A program made the position numbers and the translations under genes. A stretch of 49,962 nt of DNA, taken from positions 1 to 49,962 of the forward strand of contig JAKAIJ010000001.1 of assembly GCA_021814355.1 (NCBI GenBank), written 5' to 3'. Shown here in pieces: positions 27,669-36,702 of the stretch (position 1 is its first letter; the number at the start of each line of letters is the position of its first letter). Under the pieces are notes generated by a model that had not been told where the DNA came from, did no database searches, and worked only from the letters and a program-made list of their open reading frames with translations. This stretch comes from Acidobacteriota bacterium. GTDB taxonomy: Bacteria; Acidobacteriota; UBA4820; DSQY01.

Positions 27669-28705
27669 GGCTTGTCCCCCTCTCCGCGGGCGCGCTTCAG
27701 CTCGTGGTGGTGGCCCACATCTATCCAGTCCTCCTCGACCCGGATGGCGCCGACGCGCTCGCCCTTCTCCAGACACTCCTCCACGAGGGCCGGCAGGGGG
27801 AAGTGCGTCTCCTTCGGAACGCGCTCCAGCAGGACGGGGTCCAGAACGTAAATGCCGGTGTTCACGTGCCACATCTCCGCTGGCTTCTCCCTCAGGCCAA
27901 GGATCCGTCCGTCGTTCACCTCCACCACCCCGTACGGGACCGTGTGGACGTATTCGTGGACGGCCACGGTGGCCCGGTAGCCGCCCTCCTCGTGAAACGC
28001 GAGCATCCGGCCTGCGTCGAACTGCGTCAACAGGTCCCCGTTCAGGACCAGGAAGGGGTGCGAGGGGCGCTCGGGGAGGAGCGACAGCGCCCCTCCCGTC
28101 CCTAGCGGCTTGTCCTCCCGCAGATAGCGGATCTCGCACCCGAGGGTTCTGCCGTCTCCGAAGTGGCCCTCGATCGCCTCGGCCATGTAGTTCACCGAGA
28201 TGAAGATCCTGCGGATCCCGAAGCCCACGAGGTGCAGGATGATCCGCTCCAGGATGGGGCGCCCCGCGATGCGGAGCATGGGTTTCGGCACGGTGTCGGT
28301 AAGGGGGCGGAGGCGCTCTCCCCGGCCGCCCGCCATGATCACGGCCCAGTTGGGGCGCTGGGCCGCGCCGAGTATGTCGTGGAGGGTGTGGAGCCCCACC
28401 AGGCGTTGCTGCTCGTCCACGATGGGGATCTGGCTGATGCCCCGGGCTTGCATCAAATCCAACACCTCGGCGCGCCCGGCCCGCTGCGTCACGCAGGTGA
28501 AGTCCCGCTGCATGTGGGGACCCAGGCGGTCCTCCAGCCCGGCCCCTCGGAGGAGCGCCCGGCGCACGTCGCCGTCGGTGAGGATCCCCGTGAGCCGGCG
28601 CTCCTCGTTGACCACCAGGACGATCTCCAGCCCCGACTTGTCCAGGGAGGCCAAGCCGTCCCGCAGGGTCTGGTCCTGCCGTAGCAAACACGTTTGATAG
28701 CGCAT
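27665..28705 (-). CDS. ptmE: CBS-pair plus nucleotidyltransferase fusion, PtmE-like (hexosamine-1-phosphate guanylyltransferase type).
   Basis: The N-terminal CBS pair contains LTGILTDGDVRR and LVGLHTLHDIL. It is followed by AVIMAGGRGERLRPLTDTVPKPML, the sugar-1-P NTP-transferase signature. Confidence 0.75.
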   Translation of the reverse strand: MRYQTCLLRQDQTLRDGLASLDKSGLEIVLVVNEERRLTGILTDGDVRRALLRGAGLEDRLGPHMQRDFTCVTQRAGRAEVLDLMQARGISQIPIVDEQQRLVGLHTLHDILGAAQRPNWAVIMAGGRGERLRPLTDTVPKPMLRIAGRPILERIILHLVGFGIRRIFISVNYMAEAIEGHFGDGRTLGCEIRYLREDKPLGTGGALSLLPERPSHPFLVLNGDLLTQFDAGRMLAFHEEGGYRATVAVHEYVHTVPYGVVEVNDGRILGLREKPAEMWHVNTGIYVLDPVLLERVPKETHFPLPALVEECLEKGERVGAIRVEEDWIDVGHHHELKRARGEGDKP

Positions 28706-28778
28706 CGCGTCTCCCCGTCAGCGGCGGCGCATCAGGAAGCGTCTCCCCCGGGGTGTCCGGAACGGCGCCGCCCCCCGA

Positions 28779-29726
28779 TCACCGGGAGCCTCCCGCCCTC
28801 AACAGCAGCCCCCCCCAGCTCATCCCCGCCCCGAAGGCCGCGAGGACCACGTGCGCCCCCGGCCGGAGGGGGGCGCGGCGCAGGGACTCGGAGGCCGCGA
28901 TGAGAACGGAGGCCGCGGAAGTGTTGCCGTAGTCCTGAAGGTTCACGAACACCCGCTCTTCCGGAATCTTGAGCGACTGGCCCACCTGCTTGAGCAGGTT
29001 CAGGTTCGCCTGGTGGAAGAGAAACCGCTCCACGTCGGCGACGCCGAGGCCGTTGCCGGACAGCAGCTCCAGGATCACCCCCTGGAGCTTCCGGTTGGCC
29101 TGGAGAATGACGGCGCGCCCGTTCATGCTCAGCGGCGCCGCGAAATCCAGGCGCAGCTCCGAGGCGAGGGTGGAATCGCTCCTGAGCCGGACGTCCACCA
29201 CTTCGAACTTCCCCGGCCCGGGGCCGACGACACACGCGCCGGCCCCGTCGCCGAAGAGGATCGCCGTCTCCTTCACCCGCGGGGGGCGGGCCATGACGGC
29301 GGACATGACCTCCGCGCCGACGACCAGGACGGGACCGTACCGCGGGCACAGGTCCACCGCCACCCCCATGGCGAAGAGGCCGCCCACGCTGGCCAGGTGG
29401 ATGTCGAAGGCCGGGATGTTCTGCACGCCGAGCCGTTGCTGGAGGTCCGCGGAGAGCCCTGGAAATTGGCGCGGGGGGGTCCCCGTCCCCACGAGGATGG
29501 CGCCCAACCGGTCCGCCTCCATCCCGGCGTCGGCCAGTGCGCCCTGGGCGGCCGCATGGGCGAGATCGAGGATCGTCTCCCCCTCCGAGATGCACCGTCG
29601 CCGGAGGATGCCCGAAACGGACGGGATCCAGCCCGGCTCGAGGCCGAACTCGGCTTCCAGGGCCGCGTTGGAGAGGACCCCTTCTGGAACGTGATGCCCG
29701 AAACCCGCCACCGAGATCATGGGCAT
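28779..29726 (-). CDS. KASIII (FabH)-like protein with Ser at the catalytic Cys position.
   Basis: It aligns by eye to E. coli FabH. AFDVAAACAGF corresponds to AFDIHLASVGG, so Cys is replaced by Ser. The His (FHQANLNL) and Asn (YGNTSAAS) are retained. Confidence 0.8.
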   Translation of the reverse strand: MPMISVAGFGHHVPEGVLSNAALEAEFGLEPGWIPSVSGILRRRCISEGETILDLAHAAAQGALADAGMEADRLGAILVGTGTPPRQFPGLSADLQQRLGVQNIPAFDIHLASVGGLFAMGVAVDLCPRYGPVLVVGAEVMSAVMARPPRVKETAILFGDGAGACVVGPGPGKFEVVDVRLRSDSTLASELRLDFAAPLSMNGRAVILQANRKLQGVILELLSGNGLGVADVERFLFHQANLNLLKQVGQSLKIPEERVFVNLQDYGNTSAASVLIAASESLRRAPLRPGAHVVLAAFGAGMSWGGLLLRAGGSR

Positions 29727-29804
29727 TTCACCCTACCTGCCGCACGGCCCCGGGGACGGCCGCCTGCCGGCGCGGACGAATGCGAGGAGAGGCGAAAAGG
29801 CGCC

Positions 29805-30050
29805 TCAAGACTTCGGCTTCCCGTTGCTTTCGAAGTAGTCCGCGATCTTGGAAATGGTCTCGAACCGCTTCGGGACCAGGTCCGCGTCGGGCACGTGCAC
29901 GCCGAGGGCCTCCTCCAGCGCGTTCAACAGATCCATCAGGCCGAAGGAGTCAATCACGCCGAGCTCGAAAAGGGAGGCGTGGGGGTCCTCGGGGATGGGG
30001 TTGTTGGCGAAGGGCGCCATCGCTTGCCGGATCGTCTCTTCAACGCTCAT
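29805..30050 (-). CDS. Acyl carrier protein.
   Basis: 81 aa from ATG 30050, with GGAGG 5 nt upstream. The phosphopantetheine attachment context is LGVIDSFGLMDLL (the DS motif). The protein is acidic and helical. Confidence 0.8.
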   Translation of the reverse strand: MSVEETIRQAMAPFANNPIPEDPHASLFELGVIDSFGLMDLLNALEEALGVHVPDADLVPKRFETISKIADYFESNGKPKS

Positions 30051-30104
30051 GAACACCTCCGTGGGCGGGGTCGCCTGGGGTCCGGAGACGGTGTGGAACG
30101 CCCG

Positions 30105-30770
30105 CTACAGCCAGCTGTTGTCGGGGGGCGGATACCGCCTGACCGTGCTGCTCTGCGGCGTGCCCATGTAGACCATGCCGGGGGCGAGATCTTGGTTCAT
30201 GATCAGGGAGTGCGCCGCGATCTTGCAGTAGTCGCCGATGGTGCAGGCTCCCAGCACGGAAGCCCCGGCGTACAACGACACGTGTCGGCCCAGGGTGGGA
30301 TACACCCCCCGCCTGTTGTCCTCCGCGGCCCGGGCGGCCCCCACGGTGCAGTTCTGGTTCACGAGGAGGTAGTCGGCGTAGCGGGCCCGGCCCAGGACGG
30401 TGCCAAGGGGATGGCAGAACAGGAAAATGGAGGGCAGCTCGACCTCGTAGAAGACGTCAATTCCGTGCAACAGTTTGTTGAGGGAGAAGATCTTGTCGCA
30501 GAGCGGCGTCGCGCCGCCGTTCTTGTACAGCGCGTTGGACAGCAGGTAGAGGAACATGCTGTACTGGTCGCCGTTCAGGTGGTTGAAGACCGCCTCCCCC
30601 TCCTGGTGGAAGTAGCGGCTGCGCACCGCGGAAAAGCACCGCGCCGTCCGCTCCAGCGCCTCGTCCACGACCACGGGGGGGAGGAGGGCGGGGAGCGGAT
30701 CCGGGAAGAAGGCCTCCAGCTGCCGCTGGACGTAAGACGCCAGGGAGGCCGGATTCAGAGACAACCGCAT
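30105..30770 (-). CDS. LbH-fold acyl/acetyltransferase (serine O-acetyltransferase-like architecture).
   Basis: There is an N-terminal helical domain, followed by hexapeptide-like turns (GRHVSLYAGASVLGACTIGDYCKIAAHSLI). ATG at 30770. Confidence 0.6.
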   Translation of the reverse strand: MRLSLNPASLASYVQRQLEAFFPDPLPALLPPVVVDEALERTARCFSAVRSRYFHQEGEAVFNHLNGDQYSMFLYLLSNALYKNGGATPLCDKIFSLNKLLHGIDVFYEVELPSIFLFCHPLGTVLGRARYADYLLVNQNCTVGAARAAEDNRRGVYPTLGRHVSLYAGASVLGACTIGDYCKIAAHSLIMNQDLAPGMVYMGTPQSSTVRRYPPPDNSWL

Positions 30771-30837
30771 CCCGCGGCCTCCTTTCCCGTGGCGCGCGGC
30801 CCCGCGGCCCGCCCGGCCCGGAAGAACTTCCCCCGCC

Positions 30838-32103
30838 TCATGCCGTCGGTGGTGGGGGGGTCATGCTGGTGAGATAGCCTGGAGGGACGTCCAGCGCCGG
30901 GTATTCGTCGCAGATGGACTTGCGCAGGACCCAGGCCCCATTCTCCCGCTTCCAGATGTGCGGGCGGCGGTACCTGTCCACCACCTCCCAGAAATGCTCC
31001 TCGGTGATGCTGAGATAGCCCAAGAACTCCCTGTGCCACCTCCGGGGGAACTCGCCGTCGAAGCGGCGGACCAGGGCGGCCGCCTCCTCGCGGGTGATGT
31101 GGCCGTCCCGGACTTCGTGGGCGGCGTCGGAGGTACACCGCCCGATGCCGAACTTGATGAAGGCCAGGTAGAAGTGGAACCCGTCCATCTGGTCGTCGAG
31201 GCTTGCGTACTTCGAGTAGGTCCCTTCCGAACGGCCGTGCGGGTTCGCCTGGAAGCCGGTGTGTTCGCTGGCGTGGTAGTAGTTCTCCTGGGGAATCCAC
31301 TTCTTGTAGTAGGAGAACCAATGGAACTCGATGCCCCTCTTCTTCATGTCCTCGGGGTCGGGCGGGCGGTAGAAGGTCAGGTCGCTCTCGTCAAAGTCCC
31401 TCCGGGTCAGGTAATCGGTCTCCTCCAGCCCGTACTGGACCAGGTCGTCCACCGTGGCGCCCTTGAAATACTGCTCGGCCCAGATCTCGAACGGCATCCC
31501 GCGAAGGTTGTAAACGCGGGGGTCGCCGCTGTATTCGGCCTCCCCGTTCTCGCCGAAGAACACCAGCTTCACGTCGAAGGCCCGGGCGATGTGGAACGCG
31601 TAGCAGACCTGCCCGTAGGTGAAGGGCTGCCAGGCGTCCCCCAGCGCCTCGAAGGCCACGCGGGCCAGCTTGCGGTGGAAGCGCCCGTTCTGCCACGCCA
31701 TGAGGTTGTTGAACCCGCCGACCTTGATGAAATTGCGGAAGTTCTCGTACCCCTCCGGCGTGTACTCGAACGGCGCCCAGGTGATCGTGAGCGGGTGCAT
31801 TCCATAGAGGGACTTCAGCTCCCAGGCCACGCGGCTGCTGTCCTTTCCCCCGCTGGCGGGGACGATGACGTCGAAGCGGCCATCGGTGCGGCGGTAGCGG
31901 TCGCAGAGGTCGCGCAGCTCCTTTTCCCGCTCGGGCCAGGGGATCCGGTTCTCCTTGATCTCCGCGTAGCGGCACGCGCCGCAGACCCCCTCCTCGTCGA
32001 AGTGAATCCGGGGGCGCTGGTTGGACACCACGCATCTCTTGCAAAACCGGACCTCGGACGGAAGGCTCGGGAGCTGCCGGTCCAGAATTTTCTGCTTGGG
32101 CAT
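30838..32103 (-). CDS. N-acetyl sugar amidotransferase (PP-loop), copy 2; long PtmG/PseA-like form.
   Basis: Start at ATG 32103 with GAGGAG upstream. It has a zinc ribbon (CKRCVVSN...GVCGACRY) and a PP-loop (VIVPASGGKDSS). It lies directly downstream of a HisF/HisH-like pair. Confidence 0.8.
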   Translation of the reverse strand: MPKQKILDRQLPSLPSEVRFCKRCVVSNQRPRIHFDEEGVCGACRYAEIKENRIPWPEREKELRDLCDRYRRTDGRFDVIVPASGGKDSSRVAWELKSLYGMHPLTITWAPFEYTPEGYENFRNFIKVGGFNNLMAWQNGRFHRKLARVAFEALGDAWQPFTYGQVCYAFHIARAFDVKLVFFGENGEAEYSGDPRVYNLRGMPFEIWAEQYFKGATVDDLVQYGLEETDYLTRRDFDESDLTFYRPPDPEDMKKRGIEFHWFSYYKKWIPQENYYHASEHTGFQANPHGRSEGTYSKYASLDDQMDGFHFYLAFIKFGIGRCTSDAAHEVRDGHITREEAAALVRRFDGEFPRRWHREFLGYLSITEEHFWEVVDRYRRPHIWKRENGAWVLRKSICDEYPALDVPPGYLTSMTPPPPTA

Positions 32104-32206
32104 CTGCGCTCTCCTCGAATGTCTCTGGCGGGTCGCTGGAAAGCCGGGGCTACGGGGGATTTTCAACCGCCTGCATCAGGGCCCGACCGGATAGATTCAG
32201 GTAGAT

Positions 32207-32884
32207 TCAGTGGCCCGCGCGCAGGGTGGACGCCAGGTTGTGGTACACGAGGAGCCCCCGCGGGCCGCTGCGTTCGGGGTGGCCCTGGCAGGCGAAGATG
32301 TTCCCCCGCTGCAGGGCGGAGCAGAAACGCTGGGGGCCGTACCGCGTCCAGGCGATGGCTACCGTCTCGTCTTCGGGCTGAACGAAGTAGGAGTGGACGA
32401 AGTACATGTGCACGCCGTCGGGAAGCCGCTGGAGGAGGGTCCCGGCCCAGGGGTCGCCCCCCGTACCGGGCGCCGGCTTCTCCATGCGGTTCCACCCCAC
32501 CTGGGGCACCTTCACCGGCCGCGGGGCCGCCCCCCCCTCCAGGCGCACGACCCTCCCCGGGACGAGACCCAGCCCTTCGTGGCGGCCGAATTCCAGGCTC
32601 TCCGTCATCAACAGCTGCATCCCGAGGCAGATCCCCACGAGCGGCTTGCCCGAGAGCGCCGCGTCGCGGAGGGCGCCGGTCAGGTCCAGCCGCCGGAGCT
32701 GGGCCATGGCGTCCCCGAAGGCGCCTACGCCCGGGAGGATGATGGCGTCGCTGGCGTGGATCTCCGTCCGCGAGGCGGTGACCACGGAGTCGAGCCCGGC
32801 GTGGCGGCAGGCGTTCTGGACGCTGAAGAGGTTCCCCACGCCGTAATCCACGACGGCCACCCGCGGCCTCCGCCGTTCATTCAT
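32207..32884 (-). CDS. HisH-like glutamine amidotransferase subunit, copy 2.
   Basis: VAVVDYGVGNLFSV, ILPGVGAFG, GICLGMQLL and GHPERS give the class I GATase triad. The ATGAATGA junction is an 8-nt overlap with the hisF-like stop. Confidence 0.85.
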   Translation of the reverse strand: MNERRRPRVAVVDYGVGNLFSVQNACRHAGLDSVVTASRTEIHASDAIILPGVGAFGDAMAQLRRLDLTGALRDAALSGKPLVGICLGMQLLMTESLEFGRHEGLGLVPGRVVRLEGGAAPRPVKVPQVGWNRMEKPAPGTGGDPWAGTLLQRLPDGVHMYFVHSYFVQPEDETVAIAWTRYGPQRFCSALQRGNIFACQGHPERSGPRGLLVYHNLASTLRAGH

Positions 32885-33746
32885 CGGCGTGCGCCTCTCG
32901 GGCTTCCCGGCAGGGGACGCCGCTCCGGACCAGGTGCGCCTTGATCTCCGCCAGGCTCGCCCCCTTCACTTTCGTAAACTCCTTCCCGCTTCGAAGGAAG
33001 GCCACGTTGCCCTCCGTGGAGAAGTCGTCGTCCGTGTAAAACTCCTGGATGTACTTGTAGTGGAGGCAGGACGCCAGGCTGACGGCGTCCGCCCCGGCCT
33101 TTTCGATCACCTCCAGGACGTGCTCGGGCGATCCCGCTCCGCCGCAGGCGATGACGGGAATCGAAACGGACCCGGCGACCCGGCGGGTGAGCTCGAGGTC
33201 GAAGCCGCGGCCGGTCCCCTCGTTGTCAATGGAGGTGAGCAGGATCTCCCCCGCCCCCAGGGCCTCGACCCGCCTGGCCCAGCCGAACACCTCGACGCCC
33301 GTGCGGACGCGGCCGTTGTCGGTGAAGGCCTGGTAGGTCCCGTCCGGCTGTTTCTTCGCCTCGATGGAGACGACGATCGTGGACGACCCGAAGCGCCGCG
33401 AGGCCTCGGTGACCAACTCCGGGCGCCCGATGGCGGCGGTGTTCAGGGACACCTTATCGGCTCCCGCCTGGAGGACCGAATGGATGTCGTCCAGCGTCCG
33501 CAGTCCTCCCCCCACCGTCAGCGGGATGAAGATCTCCTTGGACGTCTCTTCCACGATGTGGGTCAGGCTGTTGCGCCCGTAGAGGCTGGCCACCACGTCC
33601 ATGTAGATCAGTTCGTCCGCGCCGTTCTCGTAGTAGAAACGCGCGAAGCGGCGGGGTTTCCCGAGAACCCGGAGCCCCTCCAGGTGAATCCCCTTCACCA
33701 GGTTGGGCCCCTTGATGTCCAACCTGGGAATGACCCGGATGTTCAT
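32877..33746 (-). CDS. HisF-like cyclase subunit homolog, copy 2.
   Basis: Start at ATG 33746 (ATGA overlap with the legH-like stop). Motifs RVIPRLDIKGPNLVKG, LTVGGGLR, SIDNEGTGRGFDLEL and IPVIACGGAG. Confidence 0.85.
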   Translation of the reverse strand: MNIRVIPRLDIKGPNLVKGIHLEGLRVLGKPRRFARFYYENGADELIYMDVVASLYGRNSLTHIVEETSKEIFIPLTVGGGLRTLDDIHSVLQAGADKVSLNTAAIGRPELVTEASRRFGSSTIVVSIEAKKQPDGTYQAFTDNGRVRTGVEVFGWARRVEALGAGEILLTSIDNEGTGRGFDLELTRRVAGSVSIPVIACGGAGSPEHVLEVIEKAGADAVSLASCLHYKYIQEFYTDDDFSTEGNVAFLRSGKEFTKVKGASLAEIKAHLVRSGVPCREAREAHADE

Positions 33747-34420
33747 TCCCGTGCCCCGCCGAGCCGCCTGGCGGGGACGCCCGCCACCATCGTCCCCGGC
33801 GGCACGGACCGGACCACCGCCGCGCCCGCCCCCACCACCGCGCCGGCGCCGATGGTGAGGCATTGCCGCACGGTAGCCCCGGCGCCGACGTGGGCTCCCT
33901 CGCCCACCGTGACGGTGCTGGCCAGCACGGCGCCGGTGGCGATGTGGGCATGGTCCCCGACCGCGCAGTCGTGCTCGACGACGGCTCCGCTGTTGACGAG
34001 GACGTTCTGGCCCAGCACGGCCCCCGCGTTCACGATGCTGCCCGGCAGGAGCTGGCACCCCGCGCCGAGGACGCTCCAGGGGGAGACGACCGCGGAGGGG
34101 TGGCGGACCGTGAGGGGCGAGAGGCCCGCGGAGCGGGCGAGCTCGAAGAGGCGCCGACGCGGGCCGTTGTCCCCCGCGCCGCCCACTCCCACCACGAAGT
34201 GGGTCACGCCGCGGGCGGCCACCTCCCCGAGCCGGTCGTCACCACCCAGAAAGGGCACCCCTTGCAGCGAGGCCCCCGCGCGGCGGGCGTCGGCGTCCAG
34301 GATGCCCTCGACGACCGCGGCGCCCGACGCCGCGATGCAGTCGAGGAGCACCCGGGCGTGGCCGCCGCCGCCCAGGATGACGCAACGGGGTAGAGCCGCG
34401 CCGCCCGCCGTCTCGCTCAC
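33743..34420 (-). CDS. legH: NeuD/PglD/LegH-family sugar N-acetyltransferase (LbH).
   Basis: Start at GTG 34420 with AAGGAGGAGGG 5 nt upstream. There is an N-terminal Rossmann-like region (VILGGGGHARVLLD), then hexapeptide repeats (IVNAGAVLGQNVLVNSGAVVEHDCAVGDHAHI). Confidence 0.75.
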   Translation of the reverse strand: MSETAGGAALPRCVILGGGGHARVLLDCIAASGAAVVEGILDADARRAGASLQGVPFLGGDDRLGEVAARGVTHFVVGVGGAGDNGPRRRLFELARSAGLSPLTVRHPSAVVSPWSVLGAGCQLLPGSIVNAGAVLGQNVLVNSGAVVEHDCAVGDHAHIATGAVLASTVTVGEGAHVGAGATVRQCLTIGAGAVVGAGAAVVRSVPPGTMVAGVPARRLGGARE

Positions 34421-34457
34421 GCGCCCTCCTCCTTGCCGGATCGCCGCGCCATCCCGA

Positions 34458-35609
34458 TCACCCCGCGCCCCGTCCCAGTGACGCGAAGACCTTCCGCGGC
34501 GGGCGGGGGGGCACCCACCGCTTGAGCACGTCCACGATCCTCTCCGCCGCGTCTCCGGCGCCAAAAGGCAGAGGCTGCCGGGCGATCTCCGCTCTCCACT
34601 CGGGCGAGAGGGCCTTCCGGATGGCCTCCAGGATCTCCCGGGTGTCGCACCCCACGTCAAGGACCGAGGGGGAGCGGACCCGCCCCTTCTGGCGGTCGCC
34701 CACGTTGATGGTGGGGACCCTCAGGCTCGGCGCCTCCGTGATGCCGCTGGAGGAGTTCCCCAGCACGAAGTCCGCCTGGCGCATGAGGCCCAGGTAACGC
34801 TCCTCCCCGAGGGCGGAGACGGCGGCCACGTTGGGGGCGCCCTGCGCGACGGCCTGGAGCGCCTCGCGGATGGCTTCGTGGCCCGGGTCCGCGTTGGGCA
34901 AGGTGATGACCCACGTCGCCGGGAAGGCGCGGATGGCGCCGAGAACCGCCTTCACCTCGTCCTGAACGTCGCTCCGGGCGAGGGTCGTGGGGTGGACCGT
35001 CACGAGCCCCAAAGGCTTACCCAGGGGGATGCCGACGACCCGCTCCAGCTCCTCGCGCGTGGGGAGGTCGAGCTTGAGGAGGTTGTCCGCGCCCAAAGAG
35101 CCCACCACGTGGACGGTGGAGGGCGCCTCGCCCATTTGAAGGACGCGCTCCGCGTAGACCGGGTGGGCCACCAGGTGGAGGTGGCTCAGCTTGGTGATGG
35201 CGTGGCGCAGGGCGTTGTCAATGGCCCCCTCGGTCTCCTCGCCCCCGTAGAGGTGGACCACGGGGATGCCCAGGACCGTCGCGGCTAGGGCCGCGCCGGC
35301 CGTCTCGTAGCGGTCCCCCAGCACGACGAGCGCCTCGGGCCGCCGCCGCCCCAGAGCCGCGCCCACGAGGGCCACCGCCTCGGAGGTCTGGCGCAGGGCG
35401 TCGCTGGACTCGGGCGCCCAGTCCATCTCCGCCGCCACGTGGAAACCCGTGGCCCGCACGGCGTCCACGACGCGCCCGAAGGCGGCGGAGCAGGCCATAC
35501 CCCCCGCGAGGACGTCCACCGAGAAGCCCCCGTCGTCGCGGAGCGCCTCGCAGAGGGGCCGGAGGATGCCCCAGTCCTGCCGGCCGGTGGTCAGGACGGC
35601 CAGGTGCAC
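34458..35609 (-). CDS. legG: Hydrolysing NDP-N-acetylhexosamine 2-epimerase (NeuC/LegG family).
   Basis: Start at GTG 35609 with GGGAG upstream. Motifs LAVLTTGRQDWGIL, VVLGDRYE, HLYGGEETEGAIDN and GNSSSGITEAP. Confidence 0.8.
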   Translation of the reverse strand: MHLAVLTTGRQDWGILRPLCEALRDDGGFSVDVLAGGMACSAAFGRVVDAVRATGFHVAAEMDWAPESSDALRQTSEAVALVGAALGRRRPEALVVLGDRYETAGAALAATVLGIPVVHLYGGEETEGAIDNALRHAITKLSHLHLVAHPVYAERVLQMGEAPSTVHVVGSLGADNLLKLDLPTREELERVVGIPLGKPLGLVTVHPTTLARSDVQDEVKAVLGAIRAFPATWVITLPNADPGHEAIREALQAVAQGAPNVAAVSALGEERYLGLMRQADFVLGNSSSGITEAPSLRVPTINVGDRQKGRVRSPSVLDVGCDTREILEAIRKALSPEWRAEIARQPLPFGAGDAAERIVDVLKRWVPPRPPRKVFASLGRGAG

Positions 35610-35649
35610 GGGTCTACTCCCGAATCCCCGGCCCGACGCGCGATGCCGG

Positions 35650-36702
35650 TCACTCGACCATCTCCCAGTGGATGAGCGCCCCCTCGGCCAGCGCCACCTT
35701 GAGCTTCCGGCCGAGCAGCCGGTCCCTCATGCCGGGGGAGATGCCCGTGCCGGGCCGCCGCACGGCGAGGTGCTGGGGGGCGAGGAGGGTTCCCGCTGGA
35801 AGCTCGCACGCGGCCACGAGGCTCCTCCGTGCGACGGCCGCGGTCTCCTTCTCGCCGGGGACGGGCTCTTTGCGGCCGTGGCCGAAAGCCTGCTCGACGA
35901 TTCTCACTCCCCGCACAAGCTCCGCCAGCTCCGCGGGCTCCAGGGAGGCCCGGTGGTCCGGCCCCGGGAGCGCCCTGTCCAGGGTGATGTGTTTCTCCAG
36001 AACGCAGGCCCCCATCGCGACGGAGGCCAGCGCAACGAGCGCCCCCTCCGTGTGGTCGGAGTATCCGACCGGGACGCGGAGGGTTCGGCGGATCGTCTCC
36101 ATCGCGCGGAGGTTCGCCTCCGCCGGGTCCGCGGGATACCGGCTGACGCAGTGGAGCACCGCCAGCCCGGGGACGCCCGAGAGCGCCTGGACCGCCCCGC
36201 GGGTCTCCTCCAGCGTCCCCATGCCCGTGGACAGGAGGACGGGCAGCCCCTTCCGGGCAAGATGCTCCAGGAACGGCGTGTTGGTCAGGTCGCCCGAGGA
36301 GACCTTGAAGGCGGGCACGCCCACGCCGGCCAGGAAGTCCGCGCGCTCTTCGTCGAAGGGGGTGGATAGGAAGAGGACGCCCTTTTCGGCGCATCTCGCG
36401 GCGATCTTCCGGTGCTGCTCGTCCGTCAGCTCCAGCCTTCGCAGCATCTCGAGCTGGGAGCCTCCGGCGCCGGTGTTGCGCTGCTGGTAACCCGCCTTCG
36501 GCGCCCACGCCGTGACGAGCCTCTCGGCCCGGAAACTCTGGAACTTCACCGCGTCCGCGCCCGCGGAAGCCGCCGCGTCCACCAGGCCCAAGGCCAAGTC
36601 GAGATCCCCGTTGTGGTTGACGCCGGCCTCCGCGATCAAGAAACACGGAGCGCCGCGTCCCACCGGGCGGCCGGCGATTTCGAACGAAGCGTCCGCCCTC
36701 AC
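35650..36702 (-). CDS. legI: Nonulosonic acid synthase (NeuB/LegI family).
   Basis: Start at GTG 36702 (GTGA overlap; GTG 36705 is also possible). Motifs CFLIAEAGVNHNGDLDLA, DAVKFQ, FKVSSGDLTN and GYSDHTEG, plus a C-terminal SAF/antifreeze-like domain. Confidence 0.85.
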   Translation of the reverse strand: MRADASFEIAGRPVGRGAPCFLIAEAGVNHNGDLDLALGLVDAAASAGADAVKFQSFRAERLVTAWAPKAGYQQRNTGAGGSQLEMLRRLELTDEQHRKIAARCAEKGVLFLSTPFDEERADFLAGVGVPAFKVSSGDLTNTPFLEHLARKGLPVLLSTGMGTLEETRGAVQALSGVPGLAVLHCVSRYPADPAEANLRAMETIRRTLRVPVGYSDHTEGALVALASVAMGACVLEKHITLDRALPGPDHRASLEPAELAELVRGVRIVEQAFGHGRKEPVPGEKETAAVARRSLVAACELPAGTLLAPQHLAVRRPGTGISPGMRDRLLGRKLKVALAEGALIHWEMVE

